Source of the DNA: an uncultured Pseudomonadota bacterium
Lineage (GTDB): Bacteria > Pseudomonadota > Gammaproteobacteria > Natronospirales > REEB76
Length of the DNA stretch: 64,000 nt
Direction: 5' to 3'
NCBI GenBank assembly: GCA_963774895.1
Contig: CAVZGN010000002.1
Location: forward strand, 454,454 to 518,453
Below the pieces are notes generated by a model. The model was not told the origin of the DNA. It made no database searches and saw only the letters and a program-made list of their open reading frames with translations. The position numbers and the translations under genes were made by a program. Below, piece by piece: positions 9,317 through 19,938 of the stretch (position 1 is the stretch's first letter; the number at the start of each line of letters is the position of its first letter).

Positions 9317-10999
9317 ATGGAAAAAATCTGGCTCAAGGAATATCCCCAGGGCGTACCCGCCGAGATCAATCCCGATGAGTACCCGTCACTGAAGGCGGTG
9401 TTCGAGGACAGTTGCCGTCGATATTCCGGCCTGCCGGCGTATACCAACATGGGCGCAACCCTGAGTTACGCGGTCCTGGAACGCATGAGCCGCCATTTTG
9501 GCGCCTGGCTGCAGAAGGTTGCAGGCCTCAAAAAGGGCGATCGGGTCGCCGTCATGATGCCCAACCTGTTGCAATATCCGGTAGTGCTGTTCGGCATCCT
9601 GCGCTGCGGGATGGTGGCGGTGAACGTCAACCCTCTGTATACCGCGCGCGAGCTTGAACACCAGCTCAAGGATTCCGGAACACGCGCCATCGTGATCGTG
9701 GAGAATTTCGCAGCCACCCTGCAGCAAGCTCTGCCGCAGGTGGAGGTGAAGTCCGTGGTCACCACCCAGATCGGCGACTTGTTGCCAGTCCCGAAACGCA
9801 TGCTGGTGAATTTCGTGGTGAAGCGCGTGAAGAAGATGGTACCGGCCTGGCGCATCCCGGGTGCCATTGTGTTGCAGCAAGCGCTGGCCCAGGGCGCGCA
9901 GCACACGCTGGATGAAGTCGCCGTCGGCCATGAAGATATCGCTTTTCTGCAATACACCGGCGGCACAACCGGTGTCGCCAAGGGCGCGGTGCTCACCCAT
10001 CGGAATATGGTGGCCAATGTGCTGCAGGCGTATGCCTGGCTGAAAACCAATCTCGAGGATGGCAAGGAAACCATCATCACCGCGCTGCCCCTGTATCACA
10101 TCTTTTCACTTACGGCTAACTGCCTGACCTTCATGAAAATCGGCGGGCACAACGTGCTGATCACCAACCCGCGCGACATGCCGGGTTTCGTGAAGGAATT
10201 GGCCAAGGTGAAGTTCACCGGCATCACCGGCGTGAACACCCTGTTCAACGGATTGCTGCACACCACCGGGTTCGAGCAGCTGGATTTTTCCAGACTCAAG
10301 ATCGCACTGGGCGGCGGCATGGCGGTGCAGCGGGCGGTGGCGAGCAAATGGAAGCAGGTCACCGGCGTGACCTTGGTCGAGGCCTATGGCCTGACCGAGA
10401 CCGCGCCGGCCGCCTGCATTAACCCACTGGATCTGAAGGATTACAACGGCAGCATCGGTCTGCCGATCCCGTCCACGGACATATCCATCCGGGATGACGA
10501 TGGCAATGAGCTCAAGATCGGCGAAGTCGGCGAATTGTGTTTCAAGGGCCCACAGGTGATGCGCGGCTACTGGAACCGTCCCGATGAGACCGCCAAGGTG
10601 CTGTCGGCCGCTGGCTGGCTGTGCACTGGTGACATGGGGCGCATCGATGCGCGCGGCTATGTGTATATCGTCGACCGCAAGAAGGACATGATCCTGGTGT
10701 CGGGTTTCAACGTCTACCCCAATGAAGTGGAGGATGTGATGATGATGCACCCGGGCGTGCTGGAAGTGGCCGCCGTAGGCGTGGAGGACGAGCATTCCGG
10801 CGAAGTGGTGAAACTGTTCGTGGTGAAGAAGGATCCGGCGCTCACCATCCAGGATCTCAAGGAATACGCCCACAAAGAACTCACCGGCTACAAGCGCCCG
10901 CGGTATATCGAGTTCCGCGATGAACTGCCCAAATCCAATGTGGGCAAGATCCTGCGACGTGAATTGCGGGATGCGGAACGCAAGAAACAACAGCACTGA
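9317..10999 (+). CDS. fadD: long-chain-fatty-acid--CoA ligase
   Basis: N-terminus [14 protein letters not shown] is typical of FadD. AMP-binding motif [12 protein letters not shown], and C-terminal [10 protein letters not shown]. Confidence 0.9.
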   Translation: MEKIWLKEYPQGVPAEINPDEYPSLKAVFEDSCRRYSGLPAYTNMGATLSYAVLERMSRHFGAWLQKVAGLKKGDRVAVMMPNLLQYPVVLFGILRCGMVAVNVNPLYTARELEHQLKDSGTRAIVIVENFAATLQQALPQVEVKSVVTTQIGDLLPVPKRMLVNFVVKRVKKMVPAWRIPGAIVLQQALAQGAQHTLDEVAVGHEDIAFLQYTGGTTGVAKGAVLTHRNMVANVLQAYAWLKTNLEDGKETIITALPLYHIFSLTANCLTFMKIGGHNVLITNPRDMPGFVKELAKVKFTGITGVNTLFNGLLHTTGFEQLDFSRLKIALGGGMAVQRAVASKWKQVTGVTLVEAYGLTETAPAACINPLDLKDYNGSIGLPIPSTDISIRDDDGNELKIGEVGELCFKGPQVMRGYWNRPDETAKVLSAAGWLCTGDMGRIDARGYVYIVDRKKDMILVSGFNVYPNEVEDVMMMHPGVLEVAAVGVEDEHSGEVVKLFVVKKDPALTIQDLKEYAHKELTGYKRPRYIEFRDELPKSNVGKILRRELRDAERKKQQH

Positions 11000-11038
11000 T
11001 CAGGATATTCGGACTCTAGCTCATAACCCCGATCAACT

Positions 11039-12109
11039 TCACCTGTGATAGGCGGGACTCAATTCATGCACCGCCGCGATCATGGCGGCGGCGTACTCGG
11101 GTTTGACGCCGGGTGTGATGCCATGGCCGAGGTTGAATACATGGCCGCTGCCCTTGCCGAAGCTGTCCAATACATTTTTTACTTCTGCATGGATGCGTGC
11201 AGGATCAGCAAACAGCACTGCCGGATCCATATTACCCTGCAACGCGATTTTGTCCGCCACGCGGCGCCGGGCATCACCCAGATCCTGGGTCCAGTCGATG
11301 CCGAGAGCATCCGCACCGCTTTCCGTCATGGACTCCAGCCATGGGCCGCCGCCTTTGGTGAACAGGATCACCGGCACCCGCCGGCCTTCGTGCTCGCGGG
11401 TTAATTGCTCGACGACTTCGCGCATGTAGCGCAGGGAAAACTCCCGATAAGCGGGCTCAGTGAGTACACCACCCCAGGTATCGAACAGCATGACGGCCTG
11501 GACACCGGCGGCGATCTGCGCGTTGAGATACAGGGCGACACTGCGCGCCAGCAATGCCAGCAGTCGGTGCAGGCAGTTCGGTTCGGCATACAGCATGCCT
11601 TTGACGCAGGCGAACTCCTTGCTGGCCCCGCCCTCCACCATGTAACAGGCGAGCGTCCAGGGACTGCCGGCGAATCCGATCAGCGGCACACGCCCGGCCA
11701 ATTCGGCACGGATCAGCCGCACAGCATCGAGCACGTACCTAAGTTCCTTTTCCGGGTCGGGGACGCCCAGTTTGCCGACTGTGGCCAGATCACGCACCGG
11801 GTGTTCGAAGTTCGGGCCTTCGCCTTCAACGAAATGCAGACCCAAGCCCATGGCCGCGGGAATCGTAAGGATGTCTGAAAACAGGATGGCCGCATCCAGT
11901 GGCATTCGGTTCACCGGCTGCAGCGTGGCTTCGCAGGCCAGTTCCGGGGTGCTCATGAGGTCGATGAAGCTGCCGGCGCGCGCGCGGATCTCACGGTATT
12001 CCGGCAGATAACGTCCGGCCTGGCGCATGATCCACACCGGCGTGCGCGGCGTGGGTTGGCGCAGCAGTGCGCGCAGCAGCAGGTCATTTTTAAGCGGCGC
12101 GCTGCTCAC
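11039..12109 (-). CDS. hemE: uroporphyrinogen decarboxylase
   Basis: [16 protein letters not shown] signature. GTG start overlapping the pyrF stop (GTGA). Confidence 0.95.
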   Translation of the reverse strand: MSSAPLKNDLLLRALLRQPTPRTPVWIMRQAGRYLPEYREIRARAGSFIDLMSTPELACEATLQPVNRMPLDAAILFSDILTIPAAMGLGLHFVEGEGPNFEHPVRDLATVGKLGVPDPEKELRYVLDAVRLIRAELAGRVPLIGFAGSPWTLACYMVEGGASKEFACVKGMLYAEPNCLHRLLALLARSVALYLNAQIAAGVQAVMLFDTWGGVLTEPAYREFSLRYMREVVEQLTREHEGRRVPVILFTKGGGPWLESMTESGADALGIDWTQDLGDARRRVADKIALQGNMDPAVLFADPARIHAEVKNVLDSFGKGSGHVFNLGHGITPGVKPEYAAAMIAAVHELSPAYHR

Positions 12110-12822
12110 TTGGGAAAGATCGAGGCGATGATGCGCTGGATATTTTCCGCGGTGGCATGCGGATCCAGGGCGTTGCGGATCGGGCGACCCACCACGATGT
12201 AATCGGCGCCGTTGCGGAAGGCCTGCTCCACGGTCACGGCGCGCTTCTGGTCATCATCGACCCGGTTATCCACCGGACGTATGCCGGGAGTCACCACCAG
12301 CAGGCGCTTGTCGATGAAAGCACGCAGTCGCGCGGCTTCCATGCCTGATGAGACCACGCCGTCACAGCCTGCCTCCAAGGCACGGCGTGCCCGCGACAGC
12401 ACCAGCTGCCCGATGTCACAATGGAATCCCAGGTCGTCCAGATCGCCGCGATCCAGGCTGGTGAGCACGGTGACCGCGAGTATCTTGAGGTCACCCTTGG
12501 CCTGGGCCGCGGCCTCCATGATGGCCTGGTTGCCATGCACGGTGCAGAAGGTGGCGCCGCGTTGCGACAGCCTCCGAACCGCCGCCTGCACCGTGGCGGG
12601 GATATCGAAGAATTTCAGGTCCACGAACACTTTCTTGTGTTGCGAGACCAGCCAGTCCAGTAACTCGAAGTAGCCGCCGGCCATGAACAGCTCCAAGCCT
12701 AGCTTGTAGAACTGCACAGTATCGCCCAGTTGCGCCACCCACTGCCGCGCGCTGCCGGCATCCGGGACGTCGAGTGCGAAGATCAGCCGTTCATGGGCTG
12801 GTATGGAGTTGCTGGATAGCAT
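12106..12822 (-). CDS. pyrF: orotidine 5'-phosphate decarboxylase
   Basis: LIFALDVPD and VDLKFFDIP motifs. Start placed at ATG 12822 (MLSSNS...), since the longer track ORF runs into the dgt 3' end. Confidence 0.9.
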   Translation of the reverse strand: MLSSNSIPAHERLIFALDVPDAGSARQWVAQLGDTVQFYKLGLELFMAGGYFELLDWLVSQHKKVFVDLKFFDIPATVQAAVRRLSQRGATFCTVHGNQAIMEAAAQAKGDLKILAVTVLTSLDRGDLDDLGFHCDIGQLVLSRARRALEAGCDGVVSSGMEAARLRAFIDKRLLVVTPGIRPVDNRVDDDQKRAVTVEQAFRNGADYIVVGRPIRNALDPHATAENIQRIIASIFPK

Positions 12823-12865
12823 GATGGCATGCTGATTATCGGAGGTTTGTGTGTCTGCAATTCTA

Positions 12866-14056
12866 TCACGCGGACTCCATGTAACCCGGATGGGCGAAAG
12901 CTTGTCCGGTGACACGTTGATATTCGCGCAGGGCGTAACGATCGGTCATGCCGGCGATGAAATCCGCCACGCGGCGTGCACGTCCTAGCTCAGTTTCACC
13001 TGGCGCATCGGGCCGCATGCCGGCGCGCTGATTTTCCGGCAATTGTTTGGGGTCATTGAAGTACACGCTGAAAAGTTCACGCACGATGTGCGCGGCCTTG
13101 TCTGTGGCGCGCTGTACCTGCGGATGAAAATACAGCTGTTGGTGCAGAAACTGCGCGAGCGTACGGCTTCTGTCTTTTATATCGGAGCTGAACGCTATCA
13201 GCGGTTTGGGGGATTTGCGTACATCCTCGATGCCGGCAGGCATGGCGGTTGCGATGTTGACGCGGCTGTGCTCGATAAGATCGGTGACCAACCCATCGAT
13301 CATGCGCCGCACGGTCTCATGTATCTGGCGCCGGGCTGCCAGTCCCGGGTACTGTTGTCTGACGCTGTTATACGGCTCACGGAAAAGCTCGATCTGCATA
13401 AGCTGCTCCACGTTGATCAGGCCGGCACGCAGGCCGTCATCCACATCGTGGTTGTTATAGGCGATCTCATCGGCGATGTTGGTGATCTGGGCCTCGAGGC
13501 TGGGCTGACCATGTTGGATAAAACGCTGACCCAATTCACCCAACTGTCTGGCGTTGGCCAGGGAGCAATGTTTGAGGATGCCTTCACGGGTCTCAAAGGT
13601 GAGGTTCAGTCCGGGGAATTCTGCATATTTTTCTTCCAGCAGGTCTACCACCCGCAGGGATTGCAGATTGTGTTCGAAGCCGCCGTAATTACGCATCACC
13701 GCATTCAGAGCATCCTGGCCGGCATGGCCGAAGGGCGTGTGACCCAGGTCATGGGCCAAGGCGATGGCTTCGGTGAGGGCCTCGTTTAGACCCAGGGCTA
13801 CTGCCACGCTGCGGGCGATCTGTGCCACTTCCAGGGAATGGGTAAGACGCGTGCGGTACAAATCGCCTTCGTCGTAAACGAACACCTGGGTCTTGTACAT
13901 GAGGCGGCGAAAGGCGGTGGCATGGATGACGCGATCGCGGTCACGCCGGTATTCACTGCGATAAGACGCTGGCGTTTCTGGATAACGGCGACCACGCGTT
14001 GTTCCATCACGGGCGGCGTAGGCAGTGAGTGCTATGTCCGATGTCGGGTTGTTCAA
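12866..14056 (-). CDS. dgt: dGTPase-like deoxyguanosinetriphosphate triphosphohydrolase (HD domain)
   Basis: RTRLTHSLEVAQIARSV and AHDLGHTPFGH HD motifs. There is no in-frame ATG between the aroB stop and the conserved core, so the start is placed at TTG 14056, which overlaps the aroB TGA (TTGA). Confidence 0.85.
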   Translation of the reverse strand: MNNPTSDIALTAYAARDGTTRGRRYPETPASYRSEYRRDRDRVIHATAFRRLMYKTQVFVYDEGDLYRTRLTHSLEVAQIARSVAVALGLNEALTEAIALAHDLGHTPFGHAGQDALNAVMRNYGGFEHNLQSLRVVDLLEEKYAEFPGLNLTFETREGILKHCSLANARQLGELGQRFIQHGQPSLEAQITNIADEIAYNNHDVDDGLRAGLINVEQLMQIELFREPYNSVRQQYPGLAARRQIHETVRRMIDGLVTDLIEHSRVNIATAMPAGIEDVRKSPKPLIAFSSDIKDRSRTLAQFLHQQLYFHPQVQRATDKAAHIVRELFSVYFNDPKQLPENQRAGMRPDAPGETELGRARRVADFIAGMTDRYALREYQRVTGQAFAHPGYMESA

Positions 14057-15132
14057 ATGGGTTTGCCGGCCAGGGTATCGCCCAGCATCCGCGGATCGAA
14101 GTCTTCGCTGATCACTGCCGCGCCGATGCCTCTGGGCAATACCAGACGCAGCCGTCGCTTGCGTACTTTCTTGTCCTTGCGCATCTGGGCGATGAGTTGC
14201 ATGGGCTTGAGTGAGGCCGGTGCTTTGTAGGGCAATCCGGCCCGCTCCAACAATCTGCAGACGCGCCGGTATTCGGATGCCTTGAGCCAATCCATGCGCA
14301 CCGACATCTCAGCCGCCATGCCGATGCCAGCCGCCACGGCTTCGCCGTGCAGCCATTTACCATAGCCTAAGGCGGTTTCGATGGCATGACCGAACGTATG
14401 TCCGAGATTAAGTAGCGTTCGCCGGCCCTGTTCACGTTCGTCTTCAACGACGATCTCCGCCTTGATCTCACATGCACGCATGATGGCGTGCTGGCAGGCT
14501 TCCGGGTTGAGCTCTAGTATCTCCTGCACATGGGCTTCCAGCCACAGGAAAAAATCCACGTCACTAATCAGTCCGCATTTGATGATTTCCGCCAGTCCGG
14601 CGTTGAACTCACGCGCGGGCAGTGACTTGAGAGTATTGATGTCGGAAATTACCGCCAATGGCTGGTGAAATGCACCGATCATGTTTTTGCCGCCCTTGTG
14701 GTTGATGGCGGTCTTACCGCCCAGGGATGAATCAACTTGGGCCAACAACGTTGTGGGCACCTGGATGTAATCGATGCCACGCTGATAACAGGCAGCTGCA
14801 AAACCAGTCAGATCACCTACGACACCGCCCCCCAGAGCCAGCAGCACCGCATCACGCCCTAAACCGCGCTTTAGCAGGAAACCAAAGATGCTATCCAGAC
14901 TGTGCCATTCCTTGTGCTGTTCACCTTGGGGCAGGACCAAATGCTCGGGAGCAAACTCCTTGAGTGTGCGAGCCAGCTTGCGTAGATATAGTGGGGCCAC
15001 GATGTCATCGGTGATGATGCAGACTGACTGCTTGTGCAGGTATTCGGAAAAAAGTTCCGTACGCTCAAGCAAACCCGCATTGATATGGATGGGGTAGCTG
15101 CGGGTTCCGAGTTGCACAGTCAACGTGGCCAT
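14053..15132 (-). CDS. aroB: 3-dehydroquinate synthase
   Basis: GGGVVGDLTGFAAA nucleotide-binding motif and HGEAVAAG metal site. aroK-aroB synteny. Confidence 0.95.
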   Translation of the reverse strand: MATLTVQLGTRSYPIHINAGLLERTELFSEYLHKQSVCIITDDIVAPLYLRKLARTLKEFAPEHLVLPQGEQHKEWHSLDSIFGFLLKRGLGRDAVLLALGGGVVGDLTGFAAACYQRGIDYIQVPTTLLAQVDSSLGGKTAINHKGGKNMIGAFHQPLAVISDINTLKSLPAREFNAGLAEIIKCGLISDVDFFLWLEAHVQEILELNPEACQHAIMRACEIKAEIVVEDEREQGRRTLLNLGHTFGHAIETALGYGKWLHGEAVAAGIGMAAEMSVRMDWLKASEYRRVCRLLERAGLPYKAPASLKPMQLIAQMRKDKKVRKRRLRLVLPRGIGAAVISEDFDPRMLGDTLAGKPI

Positions 15133-15148
15133 GAAATCCTTGCCCTGT

Positions 15149-15721
15149 TCATTCGGCGCCCATTAACAGGCGTGGCGCCTTACCCAGCTCCTGCAGGATG
15201 TGCTGCGCCAATTTCTTAACATGCCCATGGTCGGTGACGACTGTCAGCTGGGCAATACTTTCATATAGCGGTTCACGCGCCACAAACAGTTCTTGTAGGC
15301 GTTGCTCACGATCCTCGGCTGCAAGCAGGGGGCGCTTTGGGTTATGTCCGGTGCGATTAAATTGGGAATTCACGGAAGCTTTGAGGTAGATCACGAAGCC
15401 GCGGGACTGGAGGCAAACGCGATTCGCCGGATCCAGTACCGCGCCTCCACCGGTAGCCAGCACTATATTCTGCCGTTGGCTGAGTTCCTCGACCACTTGC
15501 CGCTCGCGACGGCGGAAACCGTCTTCGCCTTCCTTTTCAAATATCAACGGGATGTCGGCACCGGTGCGGCGCTCGATTTCATGGTCGGTATCCAGAAACT
15601 CCCGCGCCAGCAGGCGCGCAAGCTCACGTCCGATGGCTGTTTTCCCGCCGCCCATGGGACCGATGAGGAACAGCCGGTTGACAGCGGAATTGCGGGGGCC
15701 GTGATGCATCAAACAGCGCAA
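15149..15721 (-). CDS. aroK: shikimate kinase
   Basis: P-loop GPMGGGKT. TTG at 15721 lies 3-4 nt after GGAG; the alternative is ATG 15709. Confidence 0.9.
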   Translation of the reverse strand: MRCLMHHGPRNSAVNRLFLIGPMGGGKTAIGRELARLLAREFLDTDHEIERRTGADIPLIFEKEGEDGFRRRERQVVEELSQRQNIVLATGGGAVLDPANRVCLQSRGFVIYLKASVNSQFNRTGHNPKRPLLAAEDREQRLQELFVAREPLYESIAQLTVVTDHGHVKKLAQHILQELGKAPRLLMGAE

Positions 15722-15905
15722 TATCTCCTAGCCAAGGCGGTACTGCATTTATTGGATTTATGGCCGTACCACATGCGACATGAAGATAACAACGTTTGCT
15801 CGGTAAAAGACGTTCAGCGCGCGCCGGATGCAATCCTCAGCGAGTTTTGGCCAGTTCATAACCAGTATCACTCGTTCTCGCTGCACGCGCCTGCCCACTA
15901 CAAAC

Positions 15906-18134
15906 TTACTCACCCAGCACCGCATTCTGGGTCATGAGCTTGGGAGTGACGAATATCAGCAATTCATCCTTATCGTTGGTTATCGAGGTATTGCGGAACA
16001 ACCAGCCGATGAGCGGGATGTCACCCAGTAACGGCACTTTGTTGATGGTGGAGGTTTGGTTGGTTTCGTAAATTCCGCCCAGCACCACAGTATCACCGTC
16101 ATTCACCAACACCTGGGTCTTTACATTGCGGGTATTGATGCTGGGTACCGAGCCACCGTTGGCCGTCGGGACAAAGGTCCCGACGGTGTCGTCGTGCACA
16201 TCCAGGTTCATGAAGATGCGCTTGTCCGGCGTGATCTGCGGGGTCACGTCCAGACTGAGCACGGCATTCTTGAATGACACGGTGGTAGCGCCGCTTGAAG
16301 CCGACTGGGTATAAGGGATTTCCGTGCCCTGCAAGATGATCGCTTCCTGGCCGTTGGCGGTGATCACCCGCGGGCTGGATACCACTTCACCCTTGCCGGC
16401 GGCCGCCATGGCGGACAATTCGAGGTCCACGAGGAAATTCTGGCGCAGTACCGAGACTGCCAGCTGGCCGAACGGAGCCGCTGTGGGCACGTTCACTTGG
16501 AGCTGGTCATTGAGTGAAGGCAGGCTCAAAAGCGGCGTGCCAGTCACCGGGACACCCGGCGCCACCGGATTGAAGGCGTTCTGCTGGGTATTGGCGGCAG
16601 TCAGGTCTCCGCCCACGGTCATCAGACCGCCGCTGGTCTGGCGGATGCCATCGGCGCCGAACTGCACGCCCAGCTGGCTGTTGTAATCGTTTGATGCAAC
16701 CACCACGCGGGAATCGATCAGTACCTGCTGCACCGGGATATCCAGTCTCGTCACCATCTGGCGAATATCAGTGATGTTGTCGGCGGTATCCTGCACCAGC
16801 AGGGTGTTGGTGCGGGCATCCACGCTGAGACTGCCGCGCGACGATAACAGCGTGGCCTTGCCCCCGCCCTTGATGAGATCGGCAAGATCAGCCGCTTTGG
16901 CGTAATTCACCTGGATGTAGGCGGATTGCAGGGGTGCGCTTTGCACCAGACTCTGACGGGCAGCGAATTCAGCCTGTTCCTGTGCAGCGATATCCTGGGC
17001 GGTGCCGATGATCAGGGTATTGCCGTAATTACGCGACGCCAGTCCCTTGGTCTTCATGATGATATCCAATGCCTGATCCCAGGGTACGTCCTGCAAGCGC
17101 AGCGTGATGTTGCCATGCACACTGTCTGAGACCACAACGTTCTTACCGCTGGCATCCGCAAGGATCTGCAGGACCGCACGGATGTCGATGTTCTGGAAAT
17201 TCAGGCTGATTTTCTGCCCGGAGTATTCCTTCTGCTGGGCGATCTGTTCGGCCTGTGCGGATACTGGGGAGAATTCCACGGAGAACAGCTCGTCGCTCTG
17301 GAAAGCAAGCTTCTCATACTGTCCAGCGGGATGGATGACGAGCCGTGCGCCCGATGGCGTATTTTGGGCGTCGATGTACTGGACCGGGGTGGCGAAATCA
17401 GAGACGTCCATGCGCCGTTCCAGATTTTTCGGCAACTGAGTATTAGCAAAATCCACCACTACATTATCGCCATCCATATGCACATTGCCGACGATTGAGG
17501 ATGTGCTCAGGTCGACAATGATCCTGCCGATGCCATTTTCTCCACGGCGAAAATCGACATTAGTTATGCTCTGAGCCGGGGTAGTAGCGCTGGTAGCGGC
17601 AGTGGTTGAGTTACCCGCTGCCGAGGCAGCGGTCGCGGCCAGCGCCGTGGTATGCGGCGCCAGGCTGGCGGGATCAATCTGCGCCACCGCGGTGTCGCTG
17701 GGGTTGCCGCCCAGCAGCACGTACACACTGTTGCCTTGGGCAACCACATTATAGGGCACCAGTGTAGTGAGGCTCACCACCACGCGCGTGCGGGTACCCG
17801 CCTCGGCCGCCATCACGCTGTTAATGCTGCCAACACCGATGGTGGTCTCACGCTCTTTGAGCGCCAGACGTGTGTCATCGAGATCCAGAGCAATACGCGC
17901 AGGTTGACCGACTGTGAAACTCAGCGGTTGTGGTGCTGCACCGCTTAATTTCAGTTGCAGTTGCACCCGGTCACCCGGAAGTTTGGTAGCCGTAATGGCC
18001 TGCAGCTCGTTGTTACCCTTGGGGGCATCTGCTGTATATCCGGCGCGCATAGTCGTAAGGCCCAGCAGCAACAGGCTAAATGCCAGGAGTGCCCGGGATG
18101 TCCAATGATGTGTATATGTCTGCATGCTGTTCAT
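15906..18134 (-). CDS. pilQ: type IV pilus secretin PilQ
   Basis: 742 aa with a signal peptide, an Ala/Thr-rich linker, and a secretin C-domain ending VPLLGDIPLIGWLFR. pilMNOPQ synteny. Confidence 0.95.
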   Translation of the reverse strand: MNSMQTYTHHWTSRALLAFSLLLLGLTTMRAGYTADAPKGNNELQAITATKLPGDRVQLQLKLSGAAPQPLSFTVGQPARIALDLDDTRLALKERETTIGVGSINSVMAAEAGTRTRVVVSLTTLVPYNVVAQGNSVYVLLGGNPSDTAVAQIDPASLAPHTTALAATAASAAGNSTTAATSATTPAQSITNVDFRRGENGIGRIIVDLSTSSIVGNVHMDGDNVVVDFANTQLPKNLERRMDVSDFATPVQYIDAQNTPSGARLVIHPAGQYEKLAFQSDELFSVEFSPVSAQAEQIAQQKEYSGQKISLNFQNIDIRAVLQILADASGKNVVVSDSVHGNITLRLQDVPWDQALDIIMKTKGLASRNYGNTLIIGTAQDIAAQEQAEFAARQSLVQSAPLQSAYIQVNYAKAADLADLIKGGGKATLLSSRGSLSVDARTNTLLVQDTADNITDIRQMVTRLDIPVQQVLIDSRVVVASNDYNSQLGVQFGADGIRQTSGGLMTVGGDLTAANTQQNAFNPVAPGVPVTGTPLLSLPSLNDQLQVNVPTAAPFGQLAVSVLRQNFLVDLELSAMAAAGKGEVVSSPRVITANGQEAIILQGTEIPYTQSASSGATTVSFKNAVLSLDVTPQITPDKRIFMNLDVHDDTVGTFVPTANGGSVPSINTRNVKTQVLVNDGDTVVLGGIYETNQTSTINKVPLLGDIPLIGWLFRNTSITNDKDELLIFVTPKLMTQNAVLGE

Positions 18135-18155
18135 GTTACTTGCCTCGCCTATAAA

Positions 18156-18695
18156 TCAGCCGCCCAGCTGGACGGTTGTGTCCCGTTCCACCCAGCCACC
18201 TTGTCCGTCTGACACGATTTCTCTTAATACCAAGCCTGCTTGGGTAACTTTGGTGATCTTGCCAAAATTCTGCCCCATGTAATTACCCACTGTGACCTTG
18301 TGCACTACACCGTCGCCATCGCGTATCAAGGCATACGTCGATCCTTTTAGAGTGAGGGTACCCATCATCTTGAGACTGTCCAGTGGGAACTGTTCCAGGT
18401 ATTCATGCGGCCGGTTGAAGTCCGGGTGTAACCCGGAAGTATTCAGGCCTTTGGTGTTATTCGCATAATTTTCCAATTGCGGAATGAAAGGCGAGCGCAG
18501 ATTCATGTCATCATAGAGATAGGTTTCAAACGGCTTGATCTGCGGGAGTGGCGCAATTTGGCCGCCACGACGCGCCTTGACCTGCGCAACGTACTGTTGC
18601 AAATCTTTCATGCGATTCCCGCAACCCGCAAGCATGAGTGCAACGCAGGCTGCCGCGGACCATCTGTACAAGCGCAGCTGAGTGATGCTACTCAT
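18156..18695 (-). CDS. pilP: type IV pilus biogenesis lipoprotein PilP
   Basis: Lipobox LAGC and position between pilO and pilQ. Overlaps the pilO stop. Confidence 0.8.
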   Translation of the reverse strand: MSSITQLRLYRWSAAACVALMLAGCGNRMKDLQQYVAQVKARRGGQIAPLPQIKPFETYLYDDMNLRSPFIPQLENYANNTKGLNTSGLHPDFNRPHEYLEQFPLDSLKMMGTLTLKGSTYALIRDGDGVVHKVTVGNYMGQNFGKITKVTQAGLVLREIVSDGQGGWVERDTTVQLGG

Positions 18696-19351
18696 GGCTT
18701 GCCCTTTTTACCTTTAACCGGCTTGGCGATCACCTGTTCGCTGTCTTCCAGATAGCGATAGGTTTTGGCCGTCAGGGTCATGACCAGGTTGACACCATTG
18801 CTGTTATTACCTTGGGGCTTGATGCTGACGTCGTGCACCGTCACGATGCGCGGCAAGGCGGCCATATCGCTGACGAACTTACCGAACTGGTGATAAGTGC
18901 CTTCAACCTGAATCTGAATGGGCTTTTCAGCGTAGAAATCCTTCTTGATCTCGTTATCCGGTTTGAACAAGTCCTGCTTGAGGCCGTCGATCTGGGCGGT
19001 CTGGGAGATGTCCTGCAGCAGGCTTGGTATCTCGGTCTGACCGGGCAACTGTCGCAGCATGGTGCCAAAAGAGCGCTTCATCTGTTCAATCTGTTCTTTA
19101 TATATGTCCAGGTGGGCAGCCTCAGCGGCCTTCTGTTCAAATTCAGTCTTGAGTGTGGCTTCCTGTTTTTGCGCCTGATCCAGCTGCGTTTTATCGTCAC
19201 TCAACCAGAAGTAGTAACCGATGAGCACGACGAAAGCGAAAATCACCAGATAGGCGATAATCCGGGCCGGCATCGGCCAGCCTCCTGGATTTTTGAAATC
19301 CAGGTTGCGTAATTCGTTAAAATCAAAATTTTTGAGGTCAGCCAGCTTCAT
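18692..19351 (-). CDS. pilO: type IV pilus inner-membrane platform protein PilO
   Basis: Single N-terminal TM followed by coiled coil. Position in pilMNOPQ, with 4-nt overlaps on both sides. Confidence 0.85.
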   Translation of the reverse strand: MKLADLKNFDFNELRNLDFKNPGGWPMPARIIAYLVIFAFVVLIGYYFWLSDDKTQLDQAQKQEATLKTEFEQKAAEAAHLDIYKEQIEQMKRSFGTMLRQLPGQTEIPSLLQDISQTAQIDGLKQDLFKPDNEIKKDFYAEKPIQIQVEGTYHQFGKFVSDMAALPRIVTVHDVSIKPQGNNSNGVNLVMTLTAKTYRYLEDSEQVIAKPVKGKKGKP

Positions 19352-19938
19352 GACTGATTGCCTCCACTTTGTGCGTCCTTATCCGCGTCTGTCTTATCAA
19401 CAATTTTGGCCGTGACATTGAACTGCTGTGCGCGTGCACCAAAATCTACCTTTGGATCTTTTTGCACAACCTGCAGGTTGGGGTCTCCCATCCAGGGCGA
19501 GGCGTCGATGTTACGCATATATGTGGAAACCCGGGCGCTGGATTCCGCGACTCCTTGAATTGCCAGTTGATCGCCATTCTGGGTCACTTGTGTGAGGTAA
19601 ACACCAGGCGGCAATGTTTTTACCAGTTGGTCAAACATATGTACTTCAGTTGGACGACTCTGCTGCAACTGCTCGATGATTTGCATACGCGCGAGCAACC
19701 GAGCTTTGGTTTGTTGCAGGTCCTTGATTTCCGCAATCTGTTGATCCATTTGTGCGATCTGCGCTTTTAGATAAGCGTTGCGCGCATCCTGATTGGATAT
19801 CGATGCGCTCAAACCTAGCCATATAAGCAGCAATACCACGATGCCTATAATGGCTGACAAGACCAAACGCAGATTAAAAGTCTGTTGGCGTGCCTTGCGC
19901 CGTTCCTCGCGCCAAGGAAGAAGGTTAATGCTTGGCAT
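19348..19938 (-). CDS. pilN: type IV pilus protein PilN
   Basis: Conserved N-terminus MPSINLLPWREERR. Start at ATG 19938, overlapping the pilM end. Confidence 0.85.
   Translation of the reverse strand: MPSINLLPWREERRKARQQTFNLRLVLSAIIGIVVLLLIWLGLSASISNQDARNAYLKAQIAQMDQQIAEIKDLQQTKARLLARMQIIEQLQQSRPTEVHMFDQLVKTLPPGVYLTQVTQNGDQLAIQGVAESSARVSTYMRNIDASPWMGDPNLQVVQKDPKVDFGARAQQFNVTAKIVDKTDADKDAQSGGNQS

Noticed and set aside
11039-12109. hemE as a marker of a Caulobacter-type origin, since Cori lies next to hemE in alphaproteobacteria.
   Set aside because: hemE here is translationally coupled to pyrF with no adjacent non-coding region. It lies 14 kb from the DnaA-box cluster, and the organism is not alphaproteobacterial by synteny.
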